Source: Verrucomicrobiota bacterium (GTDB taxonomy: Bacteria; Verrucomicrobiota; Verrucomicrobiia; Limisphaerales; Palsa-1400). From it: DNA of 64,000 nucleotides. A program made the position numbers and the translations under genes. Shown one piece after another: positions 30,414 through 41,220 of this stretch; position 1 is the first letter of the stretch, and the number at the start of each line of letters is the position of its first letter. Location: positions 21,295-85,294 of the forward strand of contig JBEKYR010000021.1 of assembly GCA_049510745.1 (NCBI GenBank). Reading direction: 5' to 3'. The notes under the pieces were generated by a model. It was not told the origin of the DNA, made no database searches, and saw only the letters and a program-made list of their open reading frames with translations.

Positions 30414-32789
30414 TCAGCCGCGTTTGCCCCATTTCCAATTCCGAATCTCCGGCAGGTCCTCGCCGTATTTGTCGATGTATTCCTTGTGCTCGATCAGTTT
30501 GTCCTTGAGCTGCTGCTTCAGGTAGATGCCCTTGTCGCCCGTTCGCGGCAGGCGGTCGATGGTGTCCATTACCAGGTGGAAGCGGTCCAGATCGTTGAGC
30601 ACCGTCATGTCAAAGGGCGTGGTGATGGTGCCCTCTTCCTTGTAGCCGCGGACGTGGATGTTGTCGTGGTTGCGGCGGCGGTAGGTGAGCCGGTGGATCA
30701 ACCACGGATAGGCATGGAAGGCGAAGATGACCGGCTTGTCCTTCGTGAAAAGCTCGTCGAATTCCAGGTCGCTCAACCCGTGCGGATGCTCGGTTTGCGG
30801 CTGGAGCTTCATCAGGTCAACGACGTTGACCACCCGGATTTTCAGGTCGGGCAGATGCTCGCGCAGGATGGAAACGGCGGCCAGCGTCTCCAGCGTGGGC
30901 ACGTCGCCACAGCAGGCCATGACCACGTCGGGCGCCACGTCCTGGTCGTTGCTGGCCCATTGCCAGATGCCGATGCCCTTGGTGCAATGCTTGACGGCGG
31001 CGTCCATCGTCAGCCACTGCGGCGCCGGGTGTTTGCCCGCGATCACGACGTTGACGTAATGGCGGCTGCGCAGGCAATGGTCCATCACCGAGAGCAGGCA
31101 GTTGGCGTCCGGCGGAAGGTAAACCCGCACGACCTCGGCCTTCTTGTTCATGACGTGGTCGATGAAGCCGGGGTCCTGGTGGGTGAAGCCGTTGTGGTCC
31201 TGGCGCCAGACATGCGAGGCCAGCAGGTAGTTTAACGAGGCGACCTTCCGCCGCCACGGCAAATGCGATGTGACCTTCAGCCACTTGGCGTGCTGGTTGA
31301 ACATCGAATCCACGATGTGGATGAACGCTTCGTAGCAGTTGAACAGTCCATGCCGCCCGGTGAGCAGGTAGCCCTCCAGCCAGCCCTCGCATTGGTGCTC
31401 GCTGAGCATTTCCACCACGCGGCCGGCGGGCGCGAGAAACTCGTCGTTCGGCACGGTCGCGGCGTCCCACTGGCGTTGGGTCACTTCAAAGAGCGCTTCC
31501 AGGCCGTTGGAGAGCGTCTCGTCCGGGCCAAAGACCCGGAAATTCCGCTGCTCGCTGTTGAGCTTGGCCACGTCGCGCAGGAACCGCCCAAGCACGTGCG
31601 TGTCGCCAATGCCAGGCGACCCGGGCGAGGGCACCTCGACCGCGTAGTCGCGGAAATCCGGCATCCGCAAGTCGCGGAGCAGGATGCCGCCGTTGGCATG
31701 GGGATTGGCGCCCATGCGCCGTTCGCCCTTGGGAGCCAGTTCGGCCAATTCCGGTTTCAGGCGGCCCTGCTCGTCGAAGAGTTCCTCCGGCCGGTAGCTC
31801 CTGAGCCAATCCTCCAACAGTTTAAGGTGTTCGGGATGGGAGGCCGGGTCGGAAAGCGGCACTTGGTGCGAACGGAACGTGCCTTCCACCTGCAGGCCAT
31901 CGACCATCTTCGGCCCCGTCCAGCCCTTGGGTGAATTGAGGACGATCATCGGCCAGCGCGGACGCTCGCTGTGTCCGTGAACGCGGGCGTCTTGCTGGAT
32001 TAGTTTGATCTGCTCCACCGCCGTGTCGAGCATCGCCGCCATGGCCTCGTGCATCAGCGCCGGCTCGTGACCTTCGACGAAGTAAGGCGTCCACCCGTAG
32101 CCGCGGAGCAACTGCTCCAATTCCTCGCGGGTGATGCGGGCCAGGAGGGTCGGGTTGGAAATCTTGTAGCCGTTGAGATGCAGGATCGGCAGCACCGCGC
32201 CGTCGGTGCCCGGATTGAGGAACTTGTTGGAATGCCACGCCGTGGCCAGCGGTCCGGTTTCCGCCTCGCCATCGCCGACGACGCAGGCGACGATGAGATC
32301 GGGATTGTCGAACACCGCCCCGAACGAATGGCTGAGCGAATAGCCCAGTTCTCCGCCCTCGTGAATCGAGCCTGGGCATTCCGGCGAGGCGTGGCTGGGA
32401 ATCCCGCCGGGAAACGAAAACTGAAGAAAGAGCTTTCGCAGCCCGGCCTCATCCTGGCTGATGTTGGGATAAATCTCGCTGTAAGTGCCCTCCAGGTAAG
32501 TGTTGCCCACCACGGCCGGGCCGCCGTGCCCGGGGCCGGAGACGTAAATCATGTCGAGGTCGTATTTCTTGATGACCCGGTTCAAGTGGGCGTAAATGAA
32601 GTTCTGCCCCGGGGTCGTGCCCCAGTGTCCCAGCAGCATGTGCTTGACATCCGCCAGCGTCAGCGGCCGCTTCAACAGCGGATTGTCGTAAAGATAAATC
32701 TGGCCGACCGACAGATAGTTGGCGGCCCGCCAGTAGGCGTCCATCTTGTGGAGCAGTTCCGGCGTCAGAGTCGGTGCTTTTGTTTTCAT
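30414..32789 (-). CDS. xfp: xylulose-5-P/fructose-6-P phosphoketolase
   Basis: [46 protein letters not shown]. Confidence 0.97.
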   Translation of the reverse strand: MKTKAPTLTPELLHKMDAYWRAANYLSVGQIYLYDNPLLKRPLTLADVKHMLLGHWGTTPGQNFIYAHLNRVIKKYDLDMIYVSGPGHGGPAVVGNTYLEGTYSEIYPNISQDEAGLRKLFLQFSFPGGIPSHASPECPGSIHEGGELGYSLSHSFGAVFDNPDLIVACVVGDGEAETGPLATAWHSNKFLNPGTDGAVLPILHLNGYKISNPTLLARITREELEQLLRGYGWTPYFVEGHEPALMHEAMAAMLDTAVEQIKLIQQDARVHGHSERPRWPMIVLNSPKGWTGPKMVDGLQVEGTFRSHQVPLSDPASHPEHLKLLEDWLRSYRPEELFDEQGRLKPELAELAPKGERRMGANPHANGGILLRDLRMPDFRDYAVEVPSPGSPGIGDTHVLGRFLRDVAKLNSEQRNFRVFGPDETLSNGLEALFEVTQRQWDAATVPNDEFLAPAGRVVEMLSEHQCEGWLEGYLLTGRHGLFNCYEAFIHIVDSMFNQHAKWLKVTSHLPWRRKVASLNYLLASHVWRQDHNGFTHQDPGFIDHVMNKKAEVVRVYLPPDANCLLSVMDHCLRSRHYVNVVIAGKHPAPQWLTMDAAVKHCTKGIGIWQWASNDQDVAPDVVMACCGDVPTLETLAAVSILREHLPDLKIRVVNVVDLMKLQPQTEHPHGLSDLEFDELFTKDKPVIFAFHAYPWLIHRLTYRRRNHDNIHVRGYKEEGTITTPFDMTVLNDLDRFHLVMDTIDRLPRTGDKGIYLKQQLKDKLIEHKEYIDKYGEDLPEIRNWKWGKRG

Positions 32790-32909
32790 CGTTCAATCCC
32801 TTTTCGGTCGTGTCCGAAACCTGATATTCGCCTCCCTGCCGCGAAACGTAAATCAAAAGTTAACGACACCCGTCTCGATCCCGGCCTTCTCTTCTGACGC
32901 GAATCCTGC

Positions 32910-33065
32910 TCAAATTCTGCCCAGCAGAAGCAGGACCACGAGGAGAACCAGAACCAAGCCCAGTCCGCCGCTCGGATAATAACCCCATTTCCGGCTGTGC
33001 GGCCAGGTAGGGAGGGCGCCGAGCAACATGAGAACGAGCAGTACCACTAAGACAGTGCCTAACAT
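32910..33065 (-). CDS. DUF3309 small membrane protein (51 aa, not in the ORF track)
   Basis: Hand translation MLGTVLVVLLVLMLLGALPTWPHSRKWGYYPSGGLGLVLVLLVVLLLLGRI. Confidence 0.9.
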   Translation of the reverse strand: MLGTVLVVLLVLMLLGALPTWPHSRKWGYYPSGGLGLVLVLLVVLLLLGRI

Positions 33066-33169
33066 AATTGTCCTTTCAAGGTGCGAAATGTGTTCAGCCG
33101 GCCCGCCAGCAGCGGTCGTGCGCTGTCTGACTTTCCATTTTGGATGAGTCGTCTGCTTTTCGTCACATG

Positions 33170-33216
33170 AGAATAGAACCGAAAAACCGCGCTCGCGCTA
33201 TGGGGTGTTACCCTAC
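33170..33216 (-). promoter_or_regulatory. shared box/-10 promoter 1 (DUF3309-xfp)
   Basis: CTATGGGGTGTTACCCTAC at 33198-33216; minus-strand TATTCT 22 nt away. Confidence 0.75.
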
Positions 33217-33247
33217 CAAACATGATCAATCCAGCCTTGGCGGGCGC

Positions 33248-33847
33248 TCAAGGCAGCGAGGTCTGCGGCGTTTTTGTTTTCGAAAGCAACAGCGCGAACA
33301 CTTCCTGATAAAGGTTCTTCATATCCTCACTCACGCCTGCCAGCGCGCGGGCGCGATCGGGTTGAGACTCGTTTTCGCCGGCGACTTTCGCCAAATGCCA
33401 GGCATAACTCAGCGCCTCGGTCTGGGTCAAAAGCAAGCTCAACTCAAATTCGTCGCCGGTTTGACCCAATAATTCCTTCTTTTCGGTGGAAGCAATCGCT
33501 TCGCGTGTGGCTGCCTCCCCTGGTGGAAGCCGGATGTCGTCCAGATCGATCGAAGGATCATGTCTGGCGAATTCTTCCAACAGCTTTGATCCGGCCCCGG
33601 AAGCAGCGGCAATCTTTTTCACCAGGTTCTTGACATCGGAATGTTCCCGCTTGATGAAGCGCAGGATGCTGACGTCCTTTTGTTCGTCCAGGAGTTGATG
33701 GAGCAAACTGTAGCAATTGTTTCGCGTCGATGGCGCAGCACCGCTCCCGGCCGGAGACCCGCCCTTTGGCGATTGACAGCCGGTCAGCATGCAAGCGACC
33801 GATAACATCACCAAAGGCAAGTTGAAGCAGAAGTGGGCCAAGCTCAC
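33248..33847 (-). CDS. putative lipoprotein, helical (possibly DUF4142/ferritin-like)
   Basis: Lipobox LTGC; GTG start overlaps the upstream TGA (GTGA). Confidence 0.6.
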   Translation of the reverse strand: MSLAHFCFNLPLVMLSVACMLTGCQSPKGGSPAGSGAAPSTRNNCYSLLHQLLDEQKDVSILRFIKREHSDVKNLVKKIAAASGAGSKLLEEFARHDPSIDLDDIRLPPGEAATREAIASTEKKELLGQTGDEFELSLLLTQTEALSYAWHLAKVAGENESQPDRARALAGVSEDMKNLYQEVFALLLSKTKTPQTSLP

Positions 33848-34203
33848 GGATAGCGATCTCCAGTGTCCGCGCTGAGCGCCACTTCGCCCCGGGCCTGCTC
33901 GATGAGCTTGCCCATTTCGAGCGTCACCGGGCGGGCGAACTCGTCCACGCGCGCGCGCATGATGGCGGCGGCCTTTGCGGCCATGACCGCTCGCCCGGCG
34001 AACGTCGTGCGCCGCCATGTCTCAAAGCAGGTCGCGGCGGTTTTAAGCGCCTTCTCAAGCTGCTTGTCGGTGAGTTCCCTGAACGTCTTCAGGATTCTGC
34101 CGTCGTAAGGGTTGACGCTTTGGTAGGCCGGCCGAATCTCCGGGTTCGCAGTTTTTGGCATGGAAATAATCCGGTTTGGCCGGTCAATGATGTGTTTGGC
34201 CAT
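33844..34203 (-). pseudogene. 5' fragment of an aldehyde (succinate-semialdehyde-type) dehydrogenase
   Basis: YQSVNPYDG..., TLEMGKLIEQARGEV then a stop; no catalytic domain. Confidence 0.85.
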
Positions 34204-34252
34204 GATTTTTATCGTTTTTCCGGTTCGGTTTGTGTGCTGGAAGGTGGGTCTT

Positions 34253-34801
34253 TTATTTCGGCGCCTGGGAATGGGCTTCAACAAACCACAGCCATTTATC
34301 TATTCCGCGCGAGATTTCGGTGAACAGATCCGCCGTGTCGGCATCATCCAGTTCGCCTGCTTCATTGATCGTGTGGCGGGCTTCCTCTCCGAAAGTGGAC
34401 AGTGCCTTGGCGACCGCTTCGACATGGGCAAGTCCGTCGCCGATGGTGAGCGGATACTCCTCAAGCTGCGAGCGCGCCGCCGCCACGCGCGCCGTGCCCT
34501 GGGCGATGCCGCCCAGTTGCACGATGCGTTCGGCAATCATGTCCACATACGACTCCACGGCTTCGTCCACCTGGTCAAAGAGTTCGTGCAGGCCGATGAA
34601 GCTCGGGCCTTTCACGTTCCAATGCGCCTGCTTCATCTGCGTTTGCAGATCCACGGCGGACGCCAGCCGCTGGTTCATGAGCGCGTTCAGTTCCGTCCGG
34701 CGCTTTTCTGAGATGTCGTTTTCAGTTTCATATGTTTTGGGCGCTTCCGCGAGGTTGGCGATGGATCTTTTCGTGTTTTGATTCTTAATGGATGTTTTCA
34801 T
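34253..34801 (-). CDS. dps: DNA starvation/stationary-phase protection protein Dps
   Basis: KQAHWNVKGPSFIGLHELFD, DMIAER, DKWLWF. Confidence 0.95.
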   Translation of the reverse strand: MKTSIKNQNTKRSIANLAEAPKTYETENDISEKRRTELNALMNQRLASAVDLQTQMKQAHWNVKGPSFIGLHELFDQVDEAVESYVDMIAERIVQLGGIAQGTARVAAARSQLEEYPLTIGDGLAHVEAVAKALSTFGEEARHTINEAGELDDADTADLFTEISRGIDKWLWFVEAHSQAPK

Positions 34802-34870
34802 ATTTTGATTCTTTCATGGTGGGTTGCCTATGACATTTGTTTTACGTCTGCCTGTGAAACCCGAGGTGGT

Positions 34871-35923
34871 TCACAACGCCTCTTTCAACGATGCCATATC
34901 GATGACGAAACGGTATTTCACGTCGTTCTTCACCACCCGGTCGTAGGCCTCATTTATTTTCTGGATGGGGATGAGTTCGATGTCGGAAGTGATATTGTGC
35001 TTGCCACAGAAGTCCAGCATCTCCTGGGTTTCCTTGATGCCGCCAATGAGCGAGCCGCTGAAGTTGCGCCGGCCAAAGATGAGGCTGCCGACCTGAATGG
35101 AAAGCGGCTCGGCGGGCACGCCGACTTGCGTGAGGGTGCCGTCGCGTCTCAAGAGCACGAGGCAGGCGTTGATGTCATGTTGCGCAGCCACGGTGTCGAG
35201 GATGAAGTGAAAGCTGTTGAGATGTTTCTTCATCTCGTCTTCGTTCCTGGAATTGACGACTTCATCCGCGCCAAGCCGCAAGGCATCTTTGACTTTGTTT
35301 GGCGAGTGGGTAATGACAACCACGTGCGCGCCGAAAGCCTTCGCCAATTTCACCCCCATGTGCCCCAGTCCGCCCAGGCCCACGACGCCAACTTTCTGGC
35401 CTTTGGCAACTTTGTTGTGCCGCAAAGGGGAATAAGTGGTGATCCCCGCGCACAGGAGCGGGGCGGCGGCGGCGAGATTCAAATTCTTTGGGACGCGCAG
35501 CACAAAGGCTTCATCCACGACGACGCTCTCGGAGTAGCCGCCGTAGGTCATGCCGCCGGTGTGTTTGTCCGGGGCGTTGTAGGTAAAGGTCGTGCCTTTT
35601 TCGCAGAATTGTTCGAGGCCGTCCTTGCAGCTTTCACATGCGCGGCAGGAATCCACCATGCAACCGACGCCGGCGATGTCGCCCTCCTTGAATTTCTTGA
35701 CCTGCGCGCCGGCTTTTACGACGCGTCCGATGATTTCGTGGCCGGGCACGCAAGGGTAGGTGGTGCCATGCCATTCATTGCGGACGATATGCACGTCCGT
35801 GTGACAGACGCCGCAATATAGAATCTGGATTTGCACGTCGCGCGCGCCGGGATCACGGCGTTGAAAGCTGAAGGGCGCCAGCGGCGTCGTGGCGTTTTGT
35901 GCCGCGTAAGAATTAGTTTTCAT
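34871..35923 (-). CDS. Zn-dependent NAD(P) alcohol dehydrogenase (CAD/YahK-like)
   Basis: CGVCHTD, PGHE, C-x2-C-x2-C-x7-C, GLGGLG, YRFVID. Confidence 0.95.
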   Translation of the reverse strand: MKTNSYAAQNATTPLAPFSFQRRDPGARDVQIQILYCGVCHTDVHIVRNEWHGTTYPCVPGHEIIGRVVKAGAQVKKFKEGDIAGVGCMVDSCRACESCKDGLEQFCEKGTTFTYNAPDKHTGGMTYGGYSESVVVDEAFVLRVPKNLNLAAAAPLLCAGITTYSPLRHNKVAKGQKVGVVGLGGLGHMGVKLAKAFGAHVVVITHSPNKVKDALRLGADEVVNSRNEDEMKKHLNSFHFILDTVAAQHDINACLVLLRRDGTLTQVGVPAEPLSIQVGSLIFGRRNFSGSLIGGIKETQEMLDFCGKHNITSDIELIPIQKINEAYDRVVKNDVKYRFVIDMASLKEAL

Positions 35924-36007
35924 AATGGCATTGAGTTGTTCAGTCGTCCGCTCTGGCAGGGCCTTCGCCCGAAAAACATCAGCGGCGCAGGCCTGCCAAT
36001 GGCAGCA

Positions 36008-36052
36008 ACGTTAAGCGACGGGCCGAGACTTTCCTATGGGGTAAAACCCTAC
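36008..36052 (-). promoter_or_regulatory. shared box/-10 promoter 2 (adh-dps unit)
   Basis: CTATGGGGTAAAACCCTAC at 36034-36052; minus-strand TAACGT 20 nt away. Confidence 0.65.
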
Positions 36053-36080
36053 TGTGGATATTTGATGGCTGATTCCTTCC

Positions 36081-37079
36081 TCAACGGCTTTCCCTGCCTT
36101 TGAAAATGTGAAACAGGAAAGCCAAAGAGGGCAGCAGGACAATGGCGCCGGCGCCCAAGGCCAGCACCAGCAAGCGCAAGGTGATTTCAGGGGCGCGAGC
36201 ATTGTTCACGTTGACGTCCGGCGTGATGAGATTGGGATATTGCGCCAGGCACCACCCCACGAGGATGAGCGTGACCTCGCCGATGGCGGCCATTCGCGCC
36301 AGGGCAAACCGCCGCCGCCACAGGGCCGCCAGCGCGACGATGAACATCAAACTCGTCCATGCCAAAAGCAGCGGCGCCCACCAGTGAGTCAATCCGTTAT
36401 ACATTTCCGGCGCGCCTTGTTTGGAGGCGAGAAAAACCACTCCCGCAATGGGCGCCAAAGTCAATCCGGACCAAAGCGCCCGCCGCCGGAAATCATTTTG
36501 CAGATCAGGCTGATCCTTCGTGTCAAGCGTCAGGTAGGTGGCCGCCAGAAACGCAAACAGCCCCAGCGCGAAGACACCGCAAGCCAGCGCGAAGAGCGTC
36601 AACCAGCCCGCGAAGAAACCGGTGACGACCTGGCCATTGACGATGCGAATCTGACCCGTGGTTAACGCGCCGAGTATCATGCCCTGGAAAAACGGAGTAA
36701 AAAAGCTGGCCGTGCCAAACACCAGGCTCCAGCGGCGCTGTGGCGTGTCCGACCGGGAATCGTATCGGCGGAAAATAAAAGCCGAGCCGCGCAGCACGAT
36801 GCCGAGGAGCATCGCGGTGAACGGGATGTTCAGCGCGGTCATCATCCCGGCGAAACCCGTGGGGAAACCGGTGAACAAAAGCACCACCACCAGGATGAGC
36901 CAGACATGGTTGGCCTCCCAGATGGGGCCGATCGCTTCGGCGATGGCTTTCCTTTGCCGCGCGGCGCGCGGCCCGGCCGCCAGCAAATCCCACATGCCGC
37001 CGCCAAAATCCGCGCCGCCCATCAGGGCATACAGGATCAGCGACAGCAAAATGCAAACGGCAACGATGAGTTCAAGCAT
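36081..37079 (-). CDS. cydB: cytochrome bd oxidase subunit II
   Basis: GADFGGG, PIWEANHVWL. Confidence 0.93.
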   Translation of the reverse strand: MLELIVAVCILLSLILYALMGGADFGGGMWDLLAAGPRAARQRKAIAEAIGPIWEANHVWLILVVVLLFTGFPTGFAGMMTALNIPFTAMLLGIVLRGSAFIFRRYDSRSDTPQRRWSLVFGTASFFTPFFQGMILGALTTGQIRIVNGQVVTGFFAGWLTLFALACGVFALGLFAFLAATYLTLDTKDQPDLQNDFRRRALWSGLTLAPIAGVVFLASKQGAPEMYNGLTHWWAPLLLAWTSLMFIVALAALWRRRFALARMAAIGEVTLILVGWCLAQYPNLITPDVNVNNARAPEITLRLLVLALGAGAIVLLPSLAFLFHIFKGRESR

Positions 37080-37083
37080 GGGT

Positions 37084-38403
37084 TCAATTCGGTGACGGCT
37101 CGGAAACCGGCCCGGGCGTCTCCAAAAACTGGCGGCGCAACAGGAAGAAAACGACGGAGGCGAGAAAAACGTACAATCCCGTGAAGACGACAAAGGGCGC
37201 CGCGATCCAAGGCATCGGCGTGACCGCGTCTTCAGTTCGCATCACCCCGTAAATGATCCAAGGCTGGCGCCCGGCTTCGGTCACGACCCAGCCTGCTTCA
37301 ATCGCCACAAACCCCAGCGGCCCGGCTGCAACCAAGGCGCGCAGCAGGCGCGGGTGGCCGGCCAGAGGCCGGCGCTGCCGCCACAGCCAGCCCGACCACA
37401 CGGCCAAAGCCAGCATCGCCATTCCTGCGGCAACCATGAGGTCAAACGACCAATGAACAATCCGCACGTTGGGCCAGTTGTTTTGCGGGAACTCCTCCAA
37501 CCCGGTGACGCTGGCGTTGGGGCTGTCGGCGAGAAGCAGACTCAGGCCGCGCGGGATGCTGATCGCATAGTCGGTCGTGCGCGTCTCATCGTGAGGAATC
37601 CCCCCGATGAGCAAGGGCGCTCCATTTTGCGTCCGGTAATGCGCTTCCATCGCCGCCAGTTTGGCCGGTTGCAACCGGCCCACGACGCGGGCGCTATGGT
37701 CGCCGCTCAGAATCTGCAGCGGGATGCTGAGGCAGGCGACCGCCAGCGCAATGCCCAGCGCGCTGCGATGGAAAAGGCTGTTCGGATTTCGCAGCAGAAA
37801 GAACGCATGGACCGCCGCCACCGCGAAGCCCGTCGCAACGAAAGCCGCCAGCGTCATGTGCAAGACTTCATGGAAGCTGGCCTGATTCACCATGGCCGCG
37901 ATCGGGTCAATATCGGTGATCTGGCCATCAACCATTTTGAAGCCCGCGGGCGAGTTCATCCACGCATTGGCCGTCACGACGAAAATACCGGAAAAGATAC
38001 CGCTGACGGCGACGACCAATCCCGAAAGCCAGTGCAGGAAGGGCGACAGGCGGTTCCAGCCATAGAGATACACGCCGATAAAAATCGCTTCGGTGAAAAA
38101 GGCGAAACCTTCCAGGGAAAATGGCATCCCGATGATCGCTCCGGCCTTTGCCATGAAGCCCGGCCATAACAAACCCAGTTCGAAAGACAGCACGGTGCCG
38201 GACACCGCGCCCACCGCGAAGAGAATAGCTGTGCCGCGCGCCCATCGTTTGCTTAACTCCAGATAAACCGGGCGCCGGGTGCGGAGATACATCCCCTCCG
38301 CAATGGCCATGAACAACGGCATCCCGATGCCCAGGGCCGCGAAAATAATGTGGAAGGCCAGCGACATGGCCATTTGTGAACGAGCAAAGAAAAAATCAGT
38401 CAT
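37084..38403 (-). CDS. cydA: cytochrome bd oxidase subunit I (short Q-loop)
   Basis: AFHIIF, ANAWMNSP, QPAKLAAME, EAGRQPW. Confidence 0.95.
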   Translation of the reverse strand: MTDFFFARSQMAMSLAFHIIFAALGIGMPLFMAIAEGMYLRTRRPVYLELSKRWARGTAILFAVGAVSGTVLSFELGLLWPGFMAKAGAIIGMPFSLEGFAFFTEAIFIGVYLYGWNRLSPFLHWLSGLVVAVSGIFSGIFVVTANAWMNSPAGFKMVDGQITDIDPIAAMVNQASFHEVLHMTLAAFVATGFAVAAVHAFFLLRNPNSLFHRSALGIALAVACLSIPLQILSGDHSARVVGRLQPAKLAAMEAHYRTQNGAPLLIGGIPHDETRTTDYAISIPRGLSLLLADSPNASVTGLEEFPQNNWPNVRIVHWSFDLMVAAGMAMLALAVWSGWLWRQRRPLAGHPRLLRALVAAGPLGFVAIEAGWVVTEAGRQPWIIYGVMRTEDAVTPMPWIAAPFVVFTGLYVFLASVVFFLLRRQFLETPGPVSEPSPN

Positions 38404-38456
38404 GCGATACCGGCCGCAATTCTCAGGCGTTCGGCCTCCCTTTGGTTGTTCGCCAG

Positions 38457-38639
38457 TCAGTTTTCCAAGATCGGCTTTGTCATGGCCTGGTACATCATTT
38501 CCTCGCTGAAGAACGGTGCGCCATACAATTCGTATCCGCCCCTTAGTTTTTCGTTCACTTTCTGCGCCAGCTCGTCGTGGGTGGCGGCATCGGCGTGAAA
38601 AGGCACCGCGACGATGGTGTATTCAATCGGAGTTTTCAT
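38457..38639 (-). CDS. DUF1737-like small protein
   Basis: KVNEKLRGGYELYGAP...YQAM. Confidence 0.75.
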   Translation of the reverse strand: MKTPIEYTIVAVPFHADAATHDELAQKVNEKLRGGYELYGAPFFSEEMMYQAMTKPILEN

Positions 38640-38667
38640 GTTATTTTGAGCATGGGATCCAACAAGA

Positions 38668-41220
38668 TCAACGCTGCCATAGGATTCGCGCGTCTTCCAG
38701 CGGGATCGCGACGCCGTCGCAGCGCGGTATCACTCGCGCCGTGTAGTCCGCCGCCGGGCGGGCGGCGGAAACAGCCGCGCGGTAAACGCAGCCGCCCGAC
38801 GCTCCGGCCTGTTGTCCCGACGAGTCGGGATTCATCTCCTGCCGCACGCGATCGCCGCCCATGACTGCGTCGGCGTAAAGTTCAACTCGCACAGCCTTGG
38901 GGTCGAGGCCATTGAGATAGACCTGGACCTCGAAGACGTGCTGCCCGACGCGAGTCTCCACTTTCATTTCGCCGAAACGCAGCGTGGCCCATTTCTGGTC
39001 CAGAGTGCGCCGCCACTCGATCATTTGCCTGCCGACGGCGCCTTTATTGGCCATGCGCAAATGGTAGGCGGCAGCCACCGGGAGGTAGTGTTGCTCGGTG
39101 TATTCACGCACCGCGCGGTTGGCGGAGAAGCGCGGGGTCAGCCGCGCCATGCTTTCGCGCATCCGCGCCACCCACGCGGTGGAAATGCCCTTGGCGTCGC
39201 GGGCATAAAACTCCGGGATCACCTCTCGTTCGAGCCGCTCGTAAAGCGTGGCGGCTTCGGCCGCGTCCCAGGCCGGATCGTCGCCGTGCTCCTGGCCGTC
39301 CCCCAGCGCCCACCCCACCTCGGGCGTGTAGGCCTCGGCCCACCAGCCGTCCAATTCCGAGAGGTTGATGCCTCCATTGACAAGCACCTTCATGCCGCTG
39401 GTTCCACACGCCTCCCAAGGCCGCCGCGGCGTGTTCAGCCAGACATCGACCCCCTGCACCAAGTGGTCCGTCAGGAGCATATCGTAATCACTGAGAAAGA
39501 TCGCATGAGGACGGACCTTGGGCTGGCGGATGAAGTGTATCCATTCCTGAATCAGGGCCTGTCCCGCCGCGTCTGCGGGATGGGCCTTGCCCGCGATGAC
39601 GAGTTGCACCGGGCGCTGAGGATTGGATAACAGGCGCAGCAGCCGCTCCGGATCGTGCAGCAGCAGGTTCGGCCGTTTGTAGGTGGCGAAGCGGCGCGCA
39701 AAGCCCAGGGTCAACGCGTTGGGATCGAAGAGATGCCTCGCCTCCTCAACCGTCTCGGGCGACGCGCCGGCGGCGGCAAAATGCCGGGCCAGGCGTTGGC
39801 GGGCATAGTCAATCAGCCCCTTGCTGGCGGCCGTGCGGAATTGCCAGAGTCTGGCATCGGAGACGCGGCGGATGTCCTGCTCCAGGCATTCTGTCGTCCC
39901 CAGCCAGCGGTCTTTGCCACAGGCTTCCGTCCAAAGATCGTCGGCCGCCGCCGAGTCCCAGGTCGGCATGTGGACTCCATTGGTCACGTGTCCCACAGGC
40001 ACTTCGTCCGCCGGCCAGTTGGGGAAAAGAGGCTCAAAGAGATGCCGGCTGACTTTCCCATGCAAGCGGCTGACGCCATTGACCGCCCCGCTGCCGCGGA
40101 TGGCCAGATAGGCCATGTTGAAACTCTCCGACGCGTCATTCGGGTTCTGGCGGCCCAGGGCCAGCAGATCATGGAGCGGAATACCGAGCTTCTTCCCGGC
40201 ATACGCCCCCAGGTATTGCTCGATGAGAGCCGGCGCAAAACGATCAAAGCCGGCGGCCACCGCCGTGTGGGTGGTAAAGAGGTTGCCCGCTCGCGTGACG
40301 GCCAGTGCGACTGCGAACGGCTGCGCGTTCTCTTGCATGAAGCTGCGCGCGCGTTCCAACACGGCGAACGCCGCATGTCCTTCGTTCAAGTGACACACTT
40401 CGGGTTGGAGGCCAAGTGCGGCCAGCAGCCGCCATCCGCCGATCCCGAGAAGCAGTTCTTGCTTGAGGCGCAACTCCGGCCCGCCCCCATACAGCTCGCT
40501 GGTGATCCCTCGATGCGCCGGAAAATTCGCCGCGTCATTGCTGTCCAGCAGGTAAAGCTTGACTCGGCCAACCTGGACCTGCCAGGCGCGCAGCCAGACC
40601 GAGTAACCGGGCAAGGCGATCTCCAACCGCAGCCACTCGCCGTTCGGGTGGCGCACCGGCGTGATCGGCAACTGCCCGGGGTCGTTATAGGGGTAAAGGG
40701 CCTCTTGCGCCCCGTCCTTGTCAATCACTTGGCGGAAATAGCCTCGTTGGTAGAGCAGCCCCACGCCGACCACCGGCACGCCCAGGTCGCTGGCGGTTTT
40801 GAGTTGATCGCCGGCCACGTTGCCTAGCCCGCCCGAGTAAATGGGCAGCGCCTCGCTCAACATGAATTCCATGCTGAAATACGCCACGCAGGTCAAAGGA
40901 GCCCGCGGATGATGTTGCTGAAACCACGCCGGCGCCTCCGCCGTTTGACGCTTGGCTCGCAGCAGGTCGTCCACCTTCTTGCGGAAGGCGGAATCGGCCA
41001 GCACGCGCTCGAGTTGATCCCGCGAGACCGTCTGCAAGACAACCCAGGGGTTCTGCGTCAGTTCCCACAACGCGGGATCAAGCTGCCGCCACACTTCGTC
41101 GGCGCAATGGTTCCACGACCAGCGCATATCCAGGGCCAACTCCGCCAGGGAGTCGAATCCCTCGACTTCCGTGGGCAAAAAGCTGTAGATCGGGTTGCTG
41201 ACACGTGTTTGTTTGCTCAT
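38668..41220 (-). CDS. glgP: alpha-glucan phosphorylase
   Basis: YFSMEF, YSGGLG, ARRFATYKR, EACGTSGMK; ATGA overlap with the pgm stop. Confidence 0.95.
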   Translation of the reverse strand: MSKQTRVSNPIYSFLPTEVEGFDSLAELALDMRWSWNHCADEVWRQLDPALWELTQNPWVVLQTVSRDQLERVLADSAFRKKVDDLLRAKRQTAEAPAWFQQHHPRAPLTCVAYFSMEFMLSEALPIYSGGLGNVAGDQLKTASDLGVPVVGVGLLYQRGYFRQVIDKDGAQEALYPYNDPGQLPITPVRHPNGEWLRLEIALPGYSVWLRAWQVQVGRVKLYLLDSNDAANFPAHRGITSELYGGGPELRLKQELLLGIGGWRLLAALGLQPEVCHLNEGHAAFAVLERARSFMQENAQPFAVALAVTRAGNLFTTHTAVAAGFDRFAPALIEQYLGAYAGKKLGIPLHDLLALGRQNPNDASESFNMAYLAIRGSGAVNGVSRLHGKVSRHLFEPLFPNWPADEVPVGHVTNGVHMPTWDSAAADDLWTEACGKDRWLGTTECLEQDIRRVSDARLWQFRTAASKGLIDYARQRLARHFAAAGASPETVEEARHLFDPNALTLGFARRFATYKRPNLLLHDPERLLRLLSNPQRPVQLVIAGKAHPADAAGQALIQEWIHFIRQPKVRPHAIFLSDYDMLLTDHLVQGVDVWLNTPRRPWEACGTSGMKVLVNGGINLSELDGWWAEAYTPEVGWALGDGQEHGDDPAWDAAEAATLYERLEREVIPEFYARDAKGISTAWVARMRESMARLTPRFSANRAVREYTEQHYLPVAAAYHLRMANKGAVGRQMIEWRRTLDQKWATLRFGEMKVETRVGQHVFEVQVYLNGLDPKAVRVELYADAVMGGDRVRQEMNPDSSGQQAGASGGCVYRAAVSAARPAADYTARVIPRCDGVAIPLEDARILWQR

